Of a DNA stretch of 52,894 bases, positions 46,695 to 52,894 are shown in pieces (position 1 is the first letter of the stretch; every line of letters starts with the position of its first letter). The stretch is taken from NCBI GenBank assembly GCA_041639695.1, contig JBEQBQ010000003.1, positions 12,505 to 65,398 on the forward strand, in the 5' to 3' direction. Source of the DNA: Candidatus Nanohaloarchaea archaeon (lineage in GTDB: Archaea > Nanohalarchaeota > Nanosalinia > Nanosalinales > Nanosalinaceae). The translations under genes were made by a program, and so were the position numbers. Below the pieces are notes generated by a model. It was not told the origin of the DNA and did no database searches. It saw only the letters and a list, made by a program, of their open reading frames with translations.

Positions 46695-46767
46695 TGGCAG
46701 GACCCGGATTTGAACCGGGGTCCAGACCTCCCAAAGGTCCGATGATAGTCCACTACACCATCCCGCC
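46695..46767 (-). tRNA. tRNA-Pro(TGG)
   Basis: Minus strand GGCGGGA/TCCTGCC acceptor, GGACC-TTTGGGA-GGTCT, GGTTCAAATCC. Confidence 0.92.
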
Positions 46768-46858
46768 AAAAGCGTATAGAAACAGGTTTCCTCCAAGTCT
46801 TTTAAACCAATCCATCTGGCCGGATTATTTTTAACCTATCCGGACGAAAGCTTTGTTT

Positions 46859-47926
46859 ATGCCGGAAAAAGTGGTTGTAGCGGGCGCAGGATTCTTCGGA
46901 CTAAACACCGCACTAAAACTAGCGGCAAAAGGCTACGAAGTAGAACTACTTGATAAAGACAGGCAGCACGAGCACACGCCCGGAATAATCGATATATTCA
47001 GGGACAGAACCTCCCAGAAAAAGTTACAGCTAGACCTGGAAGAGTTTCTAAGTGATACGGAGGTAGAGTTTTCGGAGGAAAAGATAAGACAGATCCTGCC
47101 CGAAAAGGACAGGATTGAAACCGATTCCAGCGCATACAACTACGACTACCTTGTACTAGGTCTAGGTGGACAGCCAAACACGTTTGGAACCGATATAGAA
47201 AATGTGGAGACTTGTTACAGTCTTTCGGACGCGAGAAAGATCGATCAGAGGCTTGACGAATCCGATTCCGCGCTCGTAATCGGCGCAGGATATGTAGGTG
47301 TTGAGGTCGCCTCCGAACTAAAAGAGAAAGGTCTGGAAGTCGAAGTTCTTGATGTTGCGACAAGACCTATGGTAAACGCGAATATAGATGCTTCGGAGAT
47401 AGCCCTGGACTACATGAACGAAAACGATATTGTTTTCAGAGGAGACAAAAACGTTGAAAGCGTTGAAAGACACAAAGCCATACTTGAAAACGGTGAAACG
47501 GTTGAGGTCGACATGGTAATATGGACGACCGGCATACAGGCATCAAAAATTGTACAGAGAGATTTTGACACAGGTAAAAACGGTTTAACCGTAAACAAAG
47601 GTCTTTGTTCGCAAAAGTATTCTAACGTCTTCGCTGGAGGGGATTGTGCTGACGTCGAATGCATGAAGACAGCTCACAACGCCATGAACCAGGCTGAAAC
47701 AATAGCTGAAAACATAGGCAGGCACGATTCCGAGAACCTGAAAATGTTCAAGGAGAAGTTCCCGGCCATATTGATCTCTATGGGCGACGATGGAATGCTG
47801 GAGTACGGGGAAAAGGCGTACAGATCAAAATGGTTCAGAAAACTCAAAGACCTGGTAAGGATAAGATACTACTACATTTTGAGGAAGAAAAGGTTGAAGC
47901 TTAAGCTTCTCAGCTTCATCCGTTAA
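46859..47926 (+). CDS. FAD-dependent pyridine nucleotide oxidoreductase (NDH-2-like)
   Basis: VVVAGAGFFG, YDYLVLGLG, VIGAGYVGVE, NVFAGGDCA. Confidence 0.85.
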   Translation: MPEKVVVAGAGFFGLNTALKLAAKGYEVELLDKDRQHEHTPGIIDIFRDRTSQKKLQLDLEEFLSDTEVEFSEEKIRQILPEKDRIETDSSAYNYDYLVLGLGGQPNTFGTDIENVETCYSLSDARKIDQRLDESDSALVIGAGYVGVEVASELKEKGLEVEVLDVATRPMVNANIDASEIALDYMNENDIVFRGDKNVESVERHKAILENGETVEVDMVIWTTGIQASKIVQRDFDTGKNGLTVNKGLCSQKYSNVFAGGDCADVECMKTAHNAMNQAETIAENIGRHDSENLKMFKEKFPAILISMGDDGMLEYGEKAYRSKWFRKLKDLVRIRYYYILRKKRLKLKLLSFIR

Positions 47927-47969
47927 CTCCGCAGACTTTATGTTCAGACTTTTTCAACAACTACCTATT

Positions 47970-49328
47970 ATGGAAGAGTTTGATGTTATAGTGGTAGGCG
48001 GGGGTTCAGGTCTTGAAGTCGCCTCAGCCTACGTAGCAAGAGGCAAAAACGTTGCAGTAGTAGAACCAGGGCCTCTAGGAGGCACATGCCTCAACAGGGG
48101 ATGTATTCCATCAAAAATGCTTATACACAGAGCGGATATCGTTGAAACTATCGAGAATTCTGAAAGCTTCGGTATCGACTCTGAACTAAACAACATCAGC
48201 TTCAAACAGATAGTTGAAGACGTAAACACTACAGTATCAGGGGACGCGGAAAATATAGCAAACGGTCTCGAAAGCTCCGAAAGCCATACCTTGTACAGAG
48301 AAGAAGCCTGTTTCAAGGATGAAAAAGTATTAGAGGTCGGAGATGAAGAGATCACGGCCGAGAAAATCTTTATCGCCGCAGGAACAAGACCTATGATCCC
48401 ACCAAGTGAAGGTCTTGAAGAAACAGAATTTATGACAAGTAAAGAGGCCTTGAGACTCGAAGAAAAACCGGATGAACTAGTTATAATCGGGGGAGGTTAT
48501 ATCTCGGTCGAACTCGCACATTTCTTCGATTCGATGGGTACAGAAGTTACGATACTTGAGATGACAGACTCCCTTGTCGGAAGAGAAGACAGAGAAGTTT
48601 CGGAAAAATTCACTGAGCTTGCGAAAGAGAAATACGATGTTAACCTGGGTTTGAAAGCTTCTGAAGTAAGACAGGAAGACGGAAGTATTGAAGTAGTAGC
48701 TGAGGACAAAGAGGGTAATACTGAATCGTTTGAAGGCGATAAGCTTCTGGTTGCTGCAGGAAGAGTTCCGAACTCCGACAGGCTAAAGGTTGAAAACGCA
48801 GGTATCGAAACCGGTGAGAGAGGGTTTATCGAAAACAACGAGTACCTCGAAACCAATGTCGAAGACATCTACGTCTTAGGAGATATTGCTGGTAACTTCC
48901 TTTTCAAGCACAACGCCAACCTTGAGGCCGAGCACGCATTCAAGAACTCGTTGACAGGGAACAAGCATCCTATAGATTATACTGCGATGCCTCACGCTAT
49001 CTTCTCCAGTCCAAGAATTGCAGGAGTCGGAAAAACCGAACAGCAGTTAGAGGAAGAAGAAGTTAGTTACAGGAAATCGGTCTACAACTACTCAGATACC
49101 GGTATGGGACTGGCTTTGAAGGAGGAAGACGGTTTCGTAAAGGTGTTAGCTTCGGAGAATGGCGAGATACTTGGATGCCATATACTAGGTCCTGACGCAC
49201 CTACACTGATTCACGAGGTCTTGGTTGCGATGAAAGCCGGTTCAGGAAATGTAAAGGACTTGCAGGAAACTGTTCACATCCATCCTGCTTTGAATGAAGT
49301 GGTTCAGAGGGCTTTCAACCAGCTTTAA
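47970..49328 (+). CDS. Flavoprotein disulfide reductase (dihydrolipoamide dehydrogenase/mycothione reductase-like)
   Basis: VVGGGSG, GGTCLNRGCIPSK, IIGGGYI, HIHPALNE. Confidence 0.92.
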   Translation: MEEFDVIVVGGGSGLEVASAYVARGKNVAVVEPGPLGGTCLNRGCIPSKMLIHRADIVETIENSESFGIDSELNNISFKQIVEDVNTTVSGDAENIANGLESSESHTLYREEACFKDEKVLEVGDEEITAEKIFIAAGTRPMIPPSEGLEETEFMTSKEALRLEEKPDELVIIGGGYISVELAHFFDSMGTEVTILEMTDSLVGREDREVSEKFTELAKEKYDVNLGLKASEVRQEDGSIEVVAEDKEGNTESFEGDKLLVAAGRVPNSDRLKVENAGIETGERGFIENNEYLETNVEDIYVLGDIAGNFLFKHNANLEAEHAFKNSLTGNKHPIDYTAMPHAIFSSPRIAGVGKTEQQLEEEEVSYRKSVYNYSDTGMGLALKEEDGFVKVLASENGEILGCHILGPDAPTLIHEVLVAMKAGSGNVKDLQETVHIHPALNEVVQRAFNQL

Positions 49329-50086
49329 TTCTCTTCTTTAGTTCTTTGAGGTTCTTCTTTGTCGGGTTCGCCGAAACCAGCGCTCAGGATCCTTGTTAAT
49401 GCCTGTTCGGCGTTTTCATCCGATTCGCTGAATCTTTCCTCGTCAAGCTCCACCACAAATCCTGAAGTTATGTTTGGAGCGGTAGGCACGAAAACAACGT
49501 CCCTTTCGTCCTCAGTCTTGTTGCCTGTCTTGAAGCCTGTAACCCTTAAACCGTTTAAATCGATTTTAACCGGTTCCCTGAACTCTTCCGCGCCGCTCAA
49601 AACAGTGTCGAAAGTAATTTTTGAGATGTTGTAAACTGATCCGAGGAAAGGGATTTTCTCGAAACCTGAGTCAACCATTTTCTCGGCCTCGAAACCTTTA
49701 CTGGTTCTCACAGCTCTCCCCACTCCTGTAACAATAACTGCGCCAAAAACAAGCAGTATTCCTAGCTTGAAGCTCTGGTTGATGTAGTAATGATTGGTTA
49801 TATCGAAGTAGGTGTTGCCCGGTATCTCGGCGATCTTGGAGAAAAGCCAGTCCACAACAAGCAAAGTAATCAGTATAGGTGCGACAACAATAGTTCCGGC
49901 GACAGCAGGCTCTTTCGCCTCTATGGAGGAGATGGCTTTCACGAATTCGTTCCTGTTCTGCCTGTAGTAGTCTATCTTCTTCCTCTGCTTCTTACTCTTC
50001 TCTATACCGTGTTTTAGAAGGGCTTCTGTTCCTTTCTCGAAGTGTTTCTTGCCCTCGCTGAGGTAGTCGTCGTCCTCCTCGCCCAT
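49325..50086 (-). CDS. DUF502-family membrane protein
   Basis: AGxxVVAPILIT, KIPFLGSVY, VFVPTAPNITSGF, ILSAG. Confidence 0.88.
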   Translation of the reverse strand: MGEEDDDYLSEGKKHFEKGTEALLKHGIEKSKKQRKKIDYYRQNRNEFVKAISSIEAKEPAVAGTIVVAPILITLLVVDWLFSKIAEIPGNTYFDITNHYYINQSFKLGILLVFGAVIVTGVGRAVRTSKGFEAEKMVDSGFEKIPFLGSVYNISKITFDTVLSGAEEFREPVKIDLNGLRVTGFKTGNKTEDERDVVFVPTAPNITSGFVVELDEERFSESDENAEQALTRILSAGFGEPDKEEPQRTKEEN

Positions 50087-50123
50087 ACAACTTAATGGTC
50101 ACCGTTTCTCTTAACTTTCCCGG

Positions 50124-50231
50124 TTATACCACCTCCAAGGCTTTCTCTGTTTCTTCCTCTTCTGAGTGTTGTTCGCAGAAGATTTTGTTGCTTTTAGCGT
50201 ATTCAAGGCATTTCGGCTCGCAGCAGATCAT
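50124..50231 (-). CDS. 35-aa putative zinc-finger microprotein
   Basis: Manual ORF MICCEPKCLEYAKSNKIFCEQHSEEEETEKALEVV; purine-rich GGAGAGGGGG upstream of the ATG. Confidence 0.6.
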   Translation of the reverse strand: MICCEPKCLEYAKSNKIFCEQHSEEEETEKALEVV

Positions 50232-50312
50232 TTAGTATATCCCCCTCTCCCCTTACCGTAAAATCAACTCCACTCGGTTTAAAAACGAGCGAGGAATGTT
50301 CCGGCAGTTCCG

Positions 50313-51161
50313 CTAGTAGTCGTAGAATATATCGCCAAAACCAATCTCCAAAGGAACTCTTACATCCGTATAAGCACCGTCAGCGTATTCAAGATCCATA
50401 CTCAAGTTAGCACGTCTCACACCCATATCAACATTCTTACACGCCGTGTCTAAAGCCACTTGGACAGTGAACTCGCCACGACTTGGCACATGTTCGGTCT
50501 CACTCTTTGCCGAAATAACTTCTGCCGAAAGACTGAACTCGGAGTTATCAATACTTCCGGAACCTTCTAACTTGGTTTCAATACCTGTAGAGCTTTCCAG
50601 GTCCACGTCCACCATAGTATGGTATTCCTGTTCGCCTTGGTCTCCGTCCGAATCACACGGCACAGGCACCCTTACAAAGCCCTCGGTATACGAAATGCCG
50701 CCCGGGCTCTTCCTAAACTCCGGGGCTTCAAACTTCAGGTTATTCTCTTCACCGCCCCGGTAATCAACGAAAAGCTCGTCGCCGGGACCGGCATTAACAA
50801 AGCTGACAGTAAAGGATTCACCGGGATCAACAGTTTCAGCCCCGTATTGATCCAAGGATTGTTCTCCCGTATTCTTCACCGTAACGTTTAACCGGGAGTT
50901 GTTGTCTAGAAGCCTTTCGCCCGCCCAGTTAGTGTTCCTCTCCAGGTTAGCTGTTTCAAAGTCCGCCGGGACCTTAACCCACTTCATCGAAGTAATCCTT
51001 ACATCCTGGTTCGAAGCCTTCCTGATTTCGCCGGGCATCAAGGGCTCGGTACCGGTATCTTTAGGTCTATTTGACTCTAGGTCTGGCTGCCAGACTAGAA
51101 GTACGGGAAGCAAGAATATCAGGAATACAAATATCAGGCCGCCGGCTACCGCCCTATCCAT
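50313..51161 (-). CDS. N-terminally anchored surface protein with beta-sandwich domains
   Basis: N-terminal TM helix, LNVTVKNTG...DPGESFTV. Confidence 0.7.
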   Translation of the reverse strand: MDRAVAGGLIFVFLIFLLPVLLVWQPDLESNRPKDTGTEPLMPGEIRKASNQDVRITSMKWVKVPADFETANLERNTNWAGERLLDNNSRLNVTVKNTGEQSLDQYGAETVDPGESFTVSFVNAGPGDELFVDYRGGEENNLKFEAPEFRKSPGGISYTEGFVRVPVPCDSDGDQGEQEYHTMVDVDLESSTGIETKLEGSGSIDNSEFSLSAEVISAKSETEHVPSRGEFTVQVALDTACKNVDMGVRRANLSMDLEYADGAYTDVRVPLEIGFGDIFYDY

Positions 51162-51256
51162 AAATATTTATTTCGTCTCTGAATTTGATAATGGTTTTGC
51201 TGAAGAATCTATAAAATTCGGAAAGTTTGAAAACTTTTCAAACAAATTAATTTGTT

Positions 51257-51715
51257 ATGAATAGGGTTTGTACGGTACTCACGGTTCTCCTTGTCTTCCT
51301 GATCCCATTATCTTCCTCGGCACTCAAGACCTATGAGGGGGATCTAACTGTTTGGAAACAGGAATGCAGGCAGACAGGAGGAGAAGTAGTTAACTCGACT
51401 TGTAGCTGTCCTGAAGAAGCTGTAAGGTTCAGCAACCAGTGCTGGGAGAAAACACCTAAACAGGCATGTAAGGAAAAAGGAGGTAAGTTCATGAGATCTA
51501 CCGATATCGAACACTGGGTATGTGAGGATCCAAAAGCAGAGGTTTACGACGAAATCGAGATAAGTCCTGAGAAATACAGCCAAACTTTACGTGAAATATC
51601 CGTAAATGAATCCGATTCAATCGACACCGGAAACCGGACAGTTGAAGAAAACAGCGGAGAAAGCTCTAATGGCTTAGTTTCGGGTATAATAGGTTTTATC
51701 TCGTCTCTTTTCTGA
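51257..51715 (+). CDS. Secreted Cys-rich protein with amphipathic C-terminal tail
   Basis: Signal peptide, two CxxxGG repeats, tail GLVSGIIGFISSLF. Confidence 0.7.
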   Translation: MNRVCTVLTVLLVFLIPLSSSALKTYEGDLTVWKQECRQTGGEVVNSTCSCPEEAVRFSNQCWEKTPKQACKEKGGKFMRSTDIEHWVCEDPKAEVYDEIEISPEKYSQTLREISVNESDSIDTGNRTVEENSGESSNGLVSGIIGFISSLF

Positions 51716-51773
51716 AGGGTCGGCATCCCTTTATTTAACTGTTTAGGCAGCCATTCATTTTATACAGAAAAAT

Positions 51774-51848
51774 GCCTCCGTGGCTCAGTCTGGCTAGAGC
51801 GGCCCCCTTGTAAGGGGCAGGCCGAGGGTTCAAATCCCTCCGGGGGCT
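51774..51848 (+). tRNA. tRNA-Thr(TGT)
   Basis: GCCTCCG/CGGGGGC acceptor, GCCCC-CTTGTAA-GGGGC, GGTTCAAATCC. Confidence 0.95.
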
Positions 51849-51874
51849 CTACTAATTTCGGTTCCATTCTCTTG

Positions 51875-52612
51875 CTAGTCGGTTGCTGTGAACATAAATA
51901 GCCAGATCCGTTTCTCTTTTACATTCGCTATTACTAGGGTGTCGTCCCAGTGCTGGGTTATGTCGAACCATTCTGACCACTGCTTGTTATTGATGCGTCT
52001 GGCGAAGAAATCCTCATAGTTTTCGTCAAAGAGTTCGGTTTCAAACTGTCGGCCCCATTCCTTTGCTTCTGCCTGTGTTCCATCAAAACTATCGTAAGCG
52101 CCTCCTCTTATCATTAACCAGGCAATATAGCCATCAACGAAAACCGGTTGATACCAGTCTAACTCTCTATCATCATTTGTCTCATCTTCGTGATCTTTGT
52201 TCCAGTGCCAGCCTGAGAAACCATTTTCCGTATTTAAGCCGCCTATACTCTCATTTAGCTTCTTGGAGGTCAAAAATCTATGTATGAACCTGCCGTTCTC
52301 AATTAAGGATTGAGTAGCGGTAATTGTGCCTTCCGCACGATTATCTGACTCTACGTGTTCAAAGATTCCGTTATCATCAACTATCCTAAATTTACGGAGA
52401 ACTGTTTTCGCATTAGGTGAAACAGAGGCAACCTTATCAACAACTTCAATTAAATCCTCGTTCTCAACTTCCTCTTCCTCTATACTTAGTCTCTTCGCCA
52501 ATTCTCTATATTCCTTGAAGCCAAGATCATCAGGATCCTTGTCTAAAGGGTCAGTACCAAGAAAACTCATTAATACCTCCTCTGTATACGTGATGATCGG
52601 GTTACGAGACAT
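51875..52612 (-). CDS. Hypothetical protein (start may be at MSFLG, 52572)
   Basis: 245-aa ORF; Trp-rich C-terminal block GGAY...WSEWF...WDDT...IWLFMFTATD. Confidence 0.65.
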   Translation of the reverse strand: MSRNPIITYTEEVLMSFLGTDPLDKDPDDLGFKEYRELAKRLSIEEEEVENEDLIEVVDKVASVSPNAKTVLRKFRIVDDNGIFEHVESDNRAEGTITATQSLIENGRFIHRFLTSKKLNESIGGLNTENGFSGWHWNKDHEDETNDDRELDWYQPVFVDGYIAWLMIRGGAYDSFDGTQAEAKEWGRQFETELFDENYEDFFARRINNKQWSEWFDITQHWDDTLVIANVKEKRIWLFMFTATD

Positions 52613-52689
52613 ATAAATATATCTTCTTTTGGACTCCGATATAGAATCTCTTAGGTTTCAATTTCGGTTCTTATCTCTCTAATCAAAAT

Positions 52690-52894
52690 TCAAGGCCAGT
52701 CCGGGTGTTGGTTCTCTGATTCCTTAGGGTCCCTTGTGTGTTCTAAACTATCTTCGTCGTAAGCTCCAATTTCTTGAAAGTTTTTGATAGCCTTCTTCAG
52801 TGTGATGTGGTTGGGCCCTGAAACTTGTTCAGGATTGTCGTATCTATTGCGTCATCCTCCCAAAAAACAGACAGGACAGATATAATATGTGCCT
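52690..52894 (-). pseudogene. CPCC-family cysteine-rich protein, 3' part, disrupted
   Basis: Manual translation GTYYICPVCF[WEDD in shifted frame]...YDNPEQVSGPNHITLKKAIKNFQEIGAY...HPDWP*; in-frame TGA at 52854-52852. Confidence 0.7.

Overview
Compact, gene-dense archaeal chromosome segment with a strongly acidic proteome, archaeal tRNAs, a stand-alone 5S rRNA and an SRP RNA. This fits a halophilic DPANN organism, most likely Nanohaloarchaeota (inferred from gene style, not from a search). Housekeeping genes include a Hef helicase (partial), a HerA-like ATPase, cysS, ileS, thiI, an NcsA/TtuA-type thiolase, a NOP2/Sun methylase, htpX, family-4 UDG, a cold-shock protein, several Nudix enzymes and five tRNAs (Cys, Tyr, Ser, Pro, Thr). 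The most notable items are: (1) a secreted polymorphic-toxin/immunity pair (signal peptide + Ig-like domain + pre-toxin segment + PD-(D/E)xK nuclease tip, followed by an overlapping Imm49-like gene); (2) two paralogous fibre-like proteins that share a coiled-coil leader and an internal twin-arginine segment but have unrelated C-terminal parts; (3) a ~260-nt SRP RNA that appears to lack helix 6 and has a UGAC helix-8 loop; (4) a degenerate copy of the tRNA-Pro 3' end bounding an integrase-less islet; (5) unannotated Cys-rich microproteins; (6) several pseudogenes, and possible orphan immunity-type genes next to tRNA-Thr. No CRISPR array, integrase, transposase or reverse transcriptase was seen. 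All family assignments come from motif recognition by eye.
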